From contig CBDBLV010000005.1 of assembly GCA_965207225.1 (NCBI GenBank), forward strand, positions 544,001-608,000: 64,000 nt of DNA. Direction: 5' to 3'. This DNA is from Dehalococcoidia bacterium (GTDB lineage: Bacteria; Chloroflexota; Dehalococcoidia; Plut-88900). Below, piece by piece: positions 56,801 to 64,000 of the stretch. Both the position numbers and the translations under genes were made by a program. Within the stretch, counting starts at the first letter, position 1; every line of letters starts with the position of its first letter. Under the pieces are notes generated by a model. That model saw only the letters and a program-made list of their open reading frames with translations, was not told the DNA's origin and searched no databases.

Positions 56801-59332
56801 GTTGTCTCTGACCTTAACCCTCACGGTATAGCTGCTTTTCTCCTCAAAGTTTAGGGGCGATTTCGTTTTGATCTGCCCGGCCGAGTCAATGGTGAATAGG
56901 CCCGCGTCGGAACCTTCGAGACTATAAATGACTCTTCCGTCCCCATCCGAATTAGTTGCCGCCACATGGGAACTGTTCGGGGTGCCAGCAGAGAGTATTG
57001 CTCTTCCCGCCGGAGTATTCTCATCAACCTGCAGATCGCTTGGCGACGAATCTATCGTAGGAATCGCATTGTCGGCCTTGCTGGTCGACTGCCTGATTGA
57101 TGCCGACCACGTCCCCGGGCCCTCAGGATTCACCGCGCGCACCCGGACTTGGTAGGAACTGCCCGGGGTGAGGTCCGCTATTGTATAAGACTGCGCAGTG
57201 GCAGTGAGATCCGTAATGTCAGTCTCAGTGGGCTGGGGGCATGGGTTAGCAGTTGTAATTCCGGCGCCGCTGCATTCCACTTCGTAACTGCTGAGGGGAG
57301 GTGCCGTGCTCAAGTTATCGGGCGCACTCCAAGTCACCGTTAACGTCGCATTGGTTGCCCCCTCCGCAACGAAAGGCGACGTCACCGTCACCGTCGGCGC
57401 TGACGGTGGTTCAGGACGGTCGTTGACTGTGATGAGGACCTTGATGATGTCGTCGACTGCGGGAGTGTCCTCCATGTTTCCGTGATTGTCTAGGCCGTCC
57501 CAGACCTCCACCTGCACCTTATAGGTACACACGGTTGGAGTAACGAGGGGATCGTATTCACACGCTGTGGTGTCTTCGTGATTCAGGGATTCCTTAGTCA
57601 GTATCTGCCCGGTAGACTCATTAATGTCGAACTTATTCACGTCATCTGTATCAACCGTGTCCGCGATTAATCTGTAAGTCAGTTTATCACGGTCGTTGGC
57701 CGAGACCGGGGCCCCGACATGCTGTCCGATCCGGGTATTCTCATTCACGGACCGATTCACAGTCCGGTCATCGGTGGTCGGATCGTCCAACTCAGGCCTC
57801 CGTTCTTCTTGGTCCGGTCTGTCATTGAACTTGGGCTGGCGATTTCCCGCACTCGTCCGCCCAGTGGCTCGCGCCGAGAAAGCGCTGTTGAGCTCGGCAG
57901 TCTTGGCGCTTACGTATACCTCGTAGGATGCGCCGGGCGTTAGGCGTTCATCAACGTCTGCCGTGTCGGCATCATCCGAGGGATCGATTGTGACTTTGGT
58001 TTCCGTGGCTTCGATGGTTCTGAAGGTGCCGCTGTTGCCCTGCCGGTACCGTACGTCATAGCCGGTGATTGGAGGCCCCATGTTCTGCGGTTCCGTCCAA
58101 CTCACGTCCAGGCTCCTGCTGTCCCCCTCCGTCGCCCGGACCGTAACCCGAGTCGGCACTCCCGGTGCCTCCGGCACGTCGTCGATTTCGATCTTCACCG
58201 CTTGCGCATCGCTTCCCCCCTTTCCGTCGAAAGCCGTCACTGTCACGTAGTAGGCGCATTCGGTTGTAGTTGCCGTATCTACATAGCCACATGCCGGGTC
58301 CTCGTGGTTGTAGGTCACGCCCCTCTTCGTCCGTATCTGGGACAACGATGGGTTGAAGTCGAACAGGCCGGCGTCGGGACCTTCGAGCCGGTAGGTCAGC
58401 GGGAGCACACCGTCGTCCGTCGCTGTAATCGGTCGACCTACGTCCTCTCCCGCCTCTTCGTTTTCATCTACGTCCCTGGTAACTACACGGTCGGTGCCTC
58501 TATCGATGAATGTCGGCGGCTTGTTATTCAATTTGTTAGTTGATCCGGTCCCCACGAGGGACCAGTTTTCAGTGGCGTCTGCTTCTCCGTTCGTCGCCCG
58601 TACGCGTACCCGGTAAGAGGTGTCGGTTTCCAGACCTGTAATTTCGGCGTATGCAATCGTGCCGGAGTGTGTTGAATCGGAAAAGCTCGCTTCAGTGGTC
58701 TTCTTGTACTGCACTTCATACCCAGTGATTGCGGGCCCTGTGTTGTCGGGTGCGTGCCAGACCACCTTCAGACTAGTGGACGATTCGTCCGTGTTTGCGG
58801 TATTCGGATTGTCATAAGATGCCACCGTCGGCGCGACGGGCGCTGCGGGAGGTTCATCCACACCCGTGACCGTGATTGTCACGTCTCGCGTAATTGGGTT
58901 AACGCGAACTTCACCATCATCCACCTTAACTGTCACCGTGTAGGAAGTCTTGTCGCCGTCAGCGTCCAGCGGAGCCTTGGTGATCAACTGCCCCGTTGAA
59001 GAGTCGATGTGAAACGCGGCTGCGTCGGCGCGGGCCACGTCGGTTTCAGCATTGGGTTGGAGACTGTAAGTCAGCGTGTTGCCAAACTCCAGAGCAGCGT
59101 CACCTGTCTCGTCGAGGTCAGTGGCTGTGACGGGGTCTCCGATATTGACGCCTGGTGGCGTGTTCTCAACCACCGATCTGCCGGCACTGTCGTCGAATGT
59201 AGGATCCGCCGCAAACACCACATTGTTCAATCCCCCCACCCCCCCCAACCCCAACAAAACCACCCCCAACACCACCCCAACAAGGATCACACCCCACACC
59301 ACCCGACCCTTGATTATTGATAAGTCCATCAT
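53843..59332 (-). CDS. Giant surface protein with alternating cadherin-like and fibronectin type III domains and a C-terminal EF-hand/dockerin-like module (~1829 aa)
   Basis: Signal peptide MMDLSIIKGR...VVFA; repeated V.EN..G..IG.PV.A.D.D...L.Y.L.G.DA..F.I..GQ (cadherin) and L.V.W..P.N.GP.IT.Y...Y...L.P.T.Y.V.VRA.N (FN3); tail YDANGNGSIERSE. Confidence 0.92.
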   Translation of the reverse strand: MMDLSIIKGRVVWGVILVGVVLGVVLLGLGGVGGLNNVVFAADPTFDDSAGRSVVENTPPGVNIGDPVTATDLDETGDAALEFGNTLTYSLQPNAETDVARADAAAFHIDSSTGQLITKAPLDADGDKTSYTVTVKVDDGEVRVNPITRDVTITVTGVDEPPAAPVAPTVASYDNPNTANTDESSTSLKVVWHAPDNTGPAITGYEVQYKKTTEASFSDSTHSGTIAYAEITGLETDTSYRVRVRATNGEADATENWSLVGTGSTNKLNNKPPTFIDRGTDRVVTRDVDENEEAGEDVGRPITATDDGVLPLTYRLEGPDAGLFDFNPSLSQIRTKRGVTYNHEDPACGYVDTATTTECAYYVTVTAFDGKGGSDAQAVKIEIDDVPEAPGVPTRVTVRATEGDSRSLDVSWTEPQNMGPPITGYDVRYRQGNSGTFRTIEATETKVTIDPSDDADTADVDERLTPGASYEVYVSAKTAELNSAFSARATGRTSAGNRQPKFNDRPDQEERRPELDDPTTDDRTVNRSVNENTRIGQHVGAPVSANDRDKLTYRLIADTVDTDDVNKFDINESTGQILTKESLNHEDTTACEYDPLVTPTVCTYKVQVEVWDGLDNHGNMEDTPAVDDIIKVLITVNDRPEPPSAPTVTVTSPFVAEGATNATLTVTWSAPDNLSTAPPLSSYEVECSGAGITTANPCPQPTETDITDLTATAQSYTIADLTPGSSYQVRVRAVNPEGPGTWSASIRQSTSKADNAIPTIDSSPSDLQVDENTPAGRAILSAGTPNSSHVAATNSDGDGRVIYSLEGSDAGLFTIDSAGQIKTKSPLNFEEKSSYTVRVKVRDNDGGSVLSPDVPITILDVLEPPSAPARPTVTATKDSGWSLEVTWSEPRNTGPDITDYDIRYRKVGDIVWQDWPHGTTTNPAANNTDRSAKITTIRSDPGDAATAANLDPGTQYEVEVRAKNGEGDGTDPSPADAGNWSPVGRGTTGQSNKRPVFANTESLVTLRVDENTRSGQNIGGAVEATDPDRNRLTYSLEGPGAASFTIVSSSGQIRTRAPLNYEERSSYSLTVKVNDGQRRDNSVAAKSVTIIVDDVDERPSAPAPPRVTGIAGSTDSVRVTWDEPANGGPPITDYDVRCLDCPGNVSHDGADRSAIITGLTPGTRYAVEVRANNGELTGDWSRSGTGSPNPDVANQKPIFSGGTRSFDIAENERAGDPIGSPVTAVDPDLDPVTHTLEGADAASFDIDPGSGQIRASADLNHEDKSRHSVTVKATDTRGGTATVSVTINVTDIAEPPDTPSAPRVTAVSSTSVQVTWEEPGNTGPPITDYDYRHRTGSASWTEVTNTTISGRTVTITGLTPNTFYDVEVRATNAEGTSNWSNPGNGSTNAPGANNLPVFSEGASATRSVRASAQPGTPVGAPITARDADSGDTITYRLEGRDAPFFEIRPTTGQLVTKSGITLTVDETYTVTVAADDGTDIARIQVSIEATAAPPNNLPVFTEGTSAVRSVARNAGAGTTIGQPLGATDADTSDTLTYTLEGTDAASFGINSSTGQLLTLAGVTLQEGSYSVTVVATDTPGDRATISVTITATDSAGTVSLSNTRPEVGETVTATVTDPDGGVTGVTWQWATSTNGTSNWVIILGATSNSYTATAANQGSFIRATASYTDAGGSGKSAEGITAAAVAQDDDGVVSLSTSAPRVGSSVTASLSDPDGGVRNVTWQWEKSTSRTSGWTAIANATSATYVPRQGDLGSYLRATASYTDAVGSGKSAEGVTTSTVAAQALIGRYDANGNGSIERSEALEAVKDYFADELSLTDVVTIIQEFFDS

Positions 59333-59521
59333 TTCGACACCCTGCTTACTAAAAATGGCTGCCGGGCCCTTCCCGTTCCAACGCCTCATCCACTAGTCCC
59401 CCACCTCAAGAATCACAGCCCCCCACACCGCCCCACCCCTGAAAATTGACAATTCCATTATATCGACACCCTGCTTACTAAAAACGATTGCTGGCCCCGA
59501 CTCGTTCCAGCCGCCTCATCC
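59331..59521 (-). repeat. ~130-bp tandem duplication of the adhesin 5' leader and first codons
   Basis: TCGACACCCTGCTTACTAAAAA...GCCTCATCC at 59334-59391 and 59463-59521; upstream copy encodes MELSIFRGGAVWGAVILEVGD* (59458-59393). Confidence 0.8.
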
Positions 59522-59974
59522 TCGATCTCCATCCCTCCGCCCGACCCATATATAGATAGGAATACACCCCGCCCCCCGACACCCCTCTCTCCTTACTCAT
59601 ATTCCACCTGCCTTCCCTCTTCCCCAGGGGCCCGACACCCGCAGGGGAGCACTATACAAGAAAAATTCCATTCCTTACTATACAGTCTTAGTCCAATTCT
59701 TGAAAGAGTCTGATTTTACCACCCCCTCACCCCTTGCCCCCACCCCTTTCCTCTGCTATCCTCTTCCCCGATACACACGACCCTGCTCTATCGGTTCGGC
59801 CCCGACCCCAGGTCCATAACCTTGCCGGAAGGAGCTATCGACCCCTGACTACACTTCCTCCTTTCCCTCACTCCCCCCTCCGCCCCTCCGCCATCCACCC
59901 GGAGCCGGCGACCCATCCCTCCCAGGCAAACCCCCGCGACCCTGCAATTCCCCCATTTCTCCCTTCAGGTGTCA

Positions 59975-60039
59975 TTCAATCAAACCAGCTACCAGTTCAA
60001 TCAACCTTCAATCAAAGTTCAATCAACCTTCAATCAAAC
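59975..60039 (+). repeat. Phased direct repeats TTCAATCAA x5
   Basis: Copies start at 59975, 59996, 60007, 60018 and 60029 (11-bp period). Confidence 0.85.
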
Positions 60040-60121
60040 CCCCACCCCCCGCCGAGAAACTTCCCCCCACAGCCCCCTCCCATTCCCCACCATTATCCTT
60101 TACAATTACTCGGAATCTCTA

Positions 60122-60151
60122 TTGACACCCTTCACAAACCGGTGCTAACAT
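60122..60151 (+). promoter_or_regulatory. Sigma70-type promoter of the second giant adhesin
   Basis: TTGACA-N18-TAACAT with extended -10 TG. Confidence 0.6.
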
Positions 60152-60227
60152 CCCTCGCAACTGTGCGACACACATTGGAAACGGAATGGTTGTCCCTATC
60201 CCAAAACCCCGCAAAGTGAGGCATCTC

Positions 60228-63200
60228 ATGCTTAAGAGACCCTTCAAATCGGTGATTGCCCGAATAGCCATCGTCGCTCTCGCGCTCTCGCTGGTGTTTC
60301 CCTTTATCCCAGCGGCACTCGCCGATAGTCACTCGACGTCGGTGAGCTACGCTGAGAACGGCGTAGGTCCGGTTGCGACGTTCAGTGCGACGGACCAGGA
60401 CGGAGACGCTATCGAGTGGTCTCTGAGCGGACAGGACGCTGAAGACTTCACCATCACGGGTGGGGTATTGGCGTTCAAGAAGTCTCCGAACTACGAGGCG
60501 CCGCACTCTGATTCGACGGGGACACAGGCTGAGAAGAACGTCTACAAGGTAACGGTAGAAGCCACGGGCGGTTCACACGACGTGGTGGTGACTGTAACGA
60601 ACGTAGACGAGGACGGGGTAGCGAGTCTGGACCAGTACCAGCCGCAGGTGGGCAGGAGCCTGGTTGCGAGCGTAATGGACCCGGACAGTGATGAGACTAA
60701 CCAGGAGTGGCAGTGGGCCCGGGGCGAGAGCGCCGAAGGTCCCTTCACTGACATAGAAGATGCGACTGACCCGTCCCGTGCGCCTACGGCGGATGACTCC
60801 GGGATGTACCTGAGAGCGAGCGTGACGTACACGGACAGCTTTGGTGCTGGCAAGACGGCATCGGTGGTGTCCGACCGGGCGGTTGAGAGTACTACTGTGG
60901 CCAACGCTGCGCCATCGTTCGAGGGACAGGACCAGACGGGTTCCACGGAGGACGACGATGATGGCACCACTGGGATCCAGGACCACATCATAATCTCCCG
61001 GTCGGTAGACGAGGGGACGGATGTGGGGACAGCCATAGGCGACCCCATAAGGGCGACTGACTCTGACGAGGACGTACTGATTTACACGCTGGACTGGAGC
61101 CCCGACCTGAGGACGGGGAGCGGCACTGCCGCCAGCCCCAGTGGCGATGCGCGATTCAGCATAGACAGGGCCACGGGCCAACTCAAAGTTGCGAAGAAGC
61201 TTAATTACGAAGCGGCCGATGGTGACGTCGACAGGGCCGAAACCGGCGCCTTGACAGCTGACGAAGTTGGCGGGGCAATTGCTGTGACTGATGTTACCGA
61301 GGACGATGCGGAGTACGTATTGCGGGTGAGGGCAACCGACCCGTCGGGTGCCTACTCGAACGTGAACGTGACCGTAACGCTCAATGACGCCAACGAAGCG
61401 CCGACCTTTGCGGAGGCGACTGCTACCCCGAGGACAGCCGTTACGGTTGTTGAGGGCACGGTTGCTCTGCTTGAACCCGGTGCGACTGCGGATGCCGATC
61501 CGGTGGCTTTGGAAGCGAACACCTTCTTGGCTACGGATCAAGATACCAGGGTAGAGAGGCCTACTGACGATACCGATACCACAGCGGATGCCATTGTCAG
61601 CTACGCAGTTGAGGGTGCTGACGCCAAGTACTTCAACATCGGCACCGATGCGACGGACACCACAACCTTTGGTGTGCTGACCATCGACCCGACCGTGGAT
61701 GGCACGACCACTGGATACATGCCGAACTACGAAGAGCAGAGTTCCTACTCGATAACCATCGTGGCCACCAGCGGGGTAGACGCCCGCAGGCTGGCTGGAA
61801 GGCTGGACGTGACGATCAAGGTCACGAACGCCGAGGACCGCGGCAGCGTGGAGTTGTCGCAGATAGAGCCTCGAGAGGGCCGGATAGTGACGGCCACGCT
61901 CACGGATGAAGACGGCAACGTCAACATCAGCACGTGGCAGTGGCAGTACGTTGAGCTCCAGTCGGGTGAGGTCTGCAACCCCGGCGAGGGTGACACCGCT
62001 CCTACCGGTACGTGGGCTGATATACCGAAGGCAACGTCGGCCTCCTACACGCCGAAGGACTTCGTGGTTGCGGGCGCAACGACCGATATAGCTAACAAGT
62101 GTCTGCGGGCGACGGCGACCTACACGGACGGCATCGACCATGCGGATGACACTGTCACACCTGCTCACACCGAGCCCGACACCGCCACGCAGGCGACGGA
62201 TGCGGTCGTGCAGGTAGCTGGTGCCACCAACAGCGCACCGAGCTTCCCCGACCAGGATCTGACAATGGTAGGCGACCAGTCGGACGAGACGAGCCGGTCG
62301 GTAGCTGAGAACACGCCTGCGAAGATGGGCATAGGGTCAGCGGTGGATGCTGACGATGACGACGGTGACCTGCGTCTGTACTCGCTGAGTGGGCCTGACG
62401 CCGACTCCTTCGGGATAAACCGGAAGACCGGCCAGATCATGACGAAGGCGAAGCTGGACTTCGAGACGAAGGACACCTACATAGTGATAGTGACGGCGAC
62501 CGACCCGTCGGGTGCCAATGACTCCATCACGGTGACCATCAACGTCACCGATGAGAATGATGACGCTGAGATTACCGGAAGTAGTTCCATAGACTACGCT
62601 GAGAACGGCGTAGGTCCGGTTGCGACGTTCAGTGCGACGGACCAGGACGGAGACGCTATCGAGTGGTCTCTGAGCGGACAGGACGCTGAAGACTTCACCA
62701 TCACGGGTGGGGTATTGGCGTTCAAGAAGTCTCCGAACTACGAGGCGCCGCACTCTGATTCGACGGGGACACAGGCTGAGAAGAACGTCTACAAGGTAAC
62801 GGTAGAAGCCACGGGCGGTTCACACGACGTGGTGGTGACTGTAACGAACGTAGACGAGGACGGGGTAGCGAGTCTGGACCAGTACCAGCCGCAGGTGGGC
62901 AGGAGCCTGGTTGCGAGCGTAATGGACCCGGACAGTGATGAGACTAACCAGGAGTGGCAGTGGGCCCGGGGCGAGAGCGCCGAAGGTCCCTTCACTGACA
63001 TAGAAGATGCGACTGACCCGTCCCGTGCGCCTACGGCGGATGACTCCGGGATGTACCTGAGAGCGAGCGTGACGTACACGGACAGCTTTGGTGCTGGCAA
63101 GACGGCATCGGTGGTGTCCGACCGGGCGGTTGAGAGTACTACTGTGGCCAACGCTGCGCCATCGTTCGAGGGACAGGACCAGACGGGTTCCACGGAGGAC

Positions 63201-64000
63201 GACGATGATGGCACCACTGGGATCCAGGACCACATCATAATCTCCCGGTCGGTAGACGAGGGGACGGATGTGGGGACAGCCATAGGCGACCCCATAAGGG
63301 CGACTGACTCTGACGGGGACGTACTGATTTACACGCTGGACTGGAGCCCCGACCTGAGGACGGGGAGCGGCACTGCCGCCAGCCCCAGTGGCGATGCGCG
63401 ATTCAGCATAGACAGGGCCACGGGCCAACTCAAAGTTGCGAAGAAGCTTAATTACGAAGCGGCCGATGGTGACGTCGACAGGGCCGAAACCGGCGCCTTG
63501 ACAGCTGACGAAGTTGGCGGGGCAATTGCTGTGACTGATGTTACCGAGGACGATGCGGAGTACGTATTGCGGGTGAGGGCAACCGACCCGTCGGGTGCCT
63601 ACTCGAACGTGAACGTGACCGTAACGCTCAATGACGCCAACGAAGCGCCGACCTTTGCGGAGGCGACTGCTACCCCGAGGACAGCCGTTACGGTTGTTGA
63701 GGGCACGGTTGCTCTGCTTGAACCCGGTGCGACTGCGGATGCCGATCCGGTGGCTTTGGAAGCGAACACCTTCTTGGCTACGGATCAAGATACCAGGGTA
63801 GAGAGGCCTACTGACGATACCGATACCACAGCGGATGCCATTGTCAGCTACGCAGTTGAGGGTGCTGACGCCAAGTACTTCAACATCGGCACCGATGCGA
63901 CGGACACCACAACCTTTGGTGTGCTGACCATCGACCCGACCGTGGATGGCACGACCACTGGATACATGCCGAACTACGAAGAGCAGAGTTCCTACTCGAT
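60228..64000 (+). CDS. Second giant cadherin/Ig-like repeat surface protein (runs off the window; absent from the ORF track)
   Basis: ATG 60228 MLKRPFKSVIARIAIVALALSLVFPFIPAALA signal peptide, then YAENG.GPVATFSATD.DG..I.WSL.G.DA.DF.I..G.L.F...PNYE.P cadherin units and WQW...YLRA..TYTD Ig units; no stop seen. Confidence 0.9.
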   Translation, partial: MLKRPFKSVIARIAIVALALSLVFPFIPAALADSHSTSVSYAENGVGPVATFSATDQDGDAIEWSLSGQDAEDFTITGGVLAFKKSPNYEAPHSDSTGTQAEKNVYKVTVEATGGSHDVVVTVTNVDEDGVASLDQYQPQVGRSLVASVMDPDSDETNQEWQWARGESAEGPFTDIEDATDPSRAPTADDSGMYLRASVTYTDSFGAGKTASVVSDRAVESTTVANAAPSFEGQDQTGSTEDDDDGTTGIQDHIIISRSVDEGTDVGTAIGDPIRATDSDEDVLIYTLDWSPDLRTGSGTAASPSGDARFSIDRATGQLKVAKKLNYEAADGDVDRAETGALTADEVGGAIAVTDVTEDDAEYVLRVRATDPSGAYSNVNVTVTLNDANEAPTFAEATATPRTAVTVVEGTVALLEPGATADADPVALEANTFLATDQDTRVERPTDDTDTTADAIVSYAVEGADAKYFNIGTDATDTTTFGVLTIDPTVDGTTTGYMPNYEEQSSYSITIVATSGVDARRLAGRLDVTIKVTNAEDRGSVELSQIEPREGRIVTATLTDEDGNVNISTWQWQYVELQSGEVCNPGEGDTAPTGTWADIPKATSASYTPKDFVVAGATTDIANKCLRATATYTDGIDHADDTVTPAHTEPDTATQATDAVVQVAGATNSAPSFPDQDLTMVGDQSDETSRSVAENTPAKMGIGSAVDADDDDGDLRLYSLSGPDADSFGINRKTGQIMTKAKLDFETKDTYIVIVTATDPSGANDSITVTINVTDENDDAEITGSSSIDYAENGVGPVATFSATDQDGDAIEWSLSGQDAEDFTITGGVLAFKKSPNYEAPHSDSTGTQAEKNVYKVTVEATGGSHDVVVTVTNVDEDGVASLDQYQPQVGRSLVASVMDPDSDETNQEWQWARGESAEGPFTDIEDATDPSRAPTADDSGMYLRASVTYTDSFGAGKTASVVSDRAVESTTVANAAPSFEGQDQTGSTEDDDDGTTGIQDHIIISRSVDEGTDVGTAIGDPIRATDSDGDVLIYTLDWSPDLRTGSGTAASPSGDARFSIDRATGQLKVAKKLNYEAADGDVDRAETGALTADEVGGAIAVTDVTEDDAEYVLRVRATDPSGAYSNVNVTVTLNDANEAPTFAEATATPRTAVTVVEGTVALLEPGATADADPVALEANTFLATDQDTRVERPTDDTDTTADAIVSYAVEGADAKYFNIGTDATDTTTFGVLTIDPTVDGTTTGYMPNYEEQSSYS
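60347..64000 (+). repeat. Near-identical 2247-bp (749-codon) in-frame tandem duplication
   Basis: 60347-61753 recurs at 62594-64000; the one difference I noticed is A61069 vs G63316; shadow ORFs 60542..61048 and 62789..63295 translate identically. Confidence 0.92.

Noticed and set aside
59331-59521. Known tandem riboswitch (e.g. c-di-GMP, glycine)
   Set aside because: Consensus motifs of those classes were not found, and the duplication extends into coding sequence; kept only as an unexplained duplicated leader.
53843-64000. Diversity-generating retroelement acting on the adhesins
   Set aside because: No reverse transcriptase and no TR/VR pair with multiple adenine-specific mismatches in the window; a single A/G difference is insufficient.

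Overview
High-GC bacterial chromosome segment. The F420 genes, the rpmF-fabD-fabG-nusB-acpP order, the accD-accA fusion and the many CoA-transferase/crotonase genes suggest Chloroflexota, probably Dehalococcoidia/SAR202-like; this is inference, and the giant cadherin/FN3 proteins hint at a host-associated lifestyle. Core content: end of a cytochrome c oxidase operon, F420 biosynthesis and use (npdG, cofE, cofC, cofD, two PPOX-class proteins) interleaved with a kinase/aldolase/dehydrogenase run, an ECF sigma/anti-sigma pair, a heterodimeric ABC exporter, ruvB, a fatty-acid operon, udg, rnj, ftsK, accDA, mrp/sufT, uvrB, acyl-CoA catabolic genes, tRNA-Gln and tRNA-Asn. Main hunt results: (1) five intergenic clusters built from several short palindromic repeat families, all in the same orientation, including a ~118-bp two-hairpin element whose 18-bp stem changes sequence between four copies while staying paired; (2) a small low-GC gene bracketed by two MITE-like copies; (3) a minimal tRNA-Gln-integrated element whose large serine recombinase reads antisense through the whole tRNA, with an ImmA/ImmR-like switch and a decayed fitAB; (4) a divergent hicB/hicA-like pair; (5) two divergent giant cadherin/FN3 surface-protein genes with a duplicated leader peptide, an 11-bp phased repeat array, a near-perfect 2247-bp in-frame tandem duplication and a C-terminal EF-hand/dockerin-like tail. 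No CRISPR array or rRNA seen. All calls come from reading the sequence; no database searches were run.
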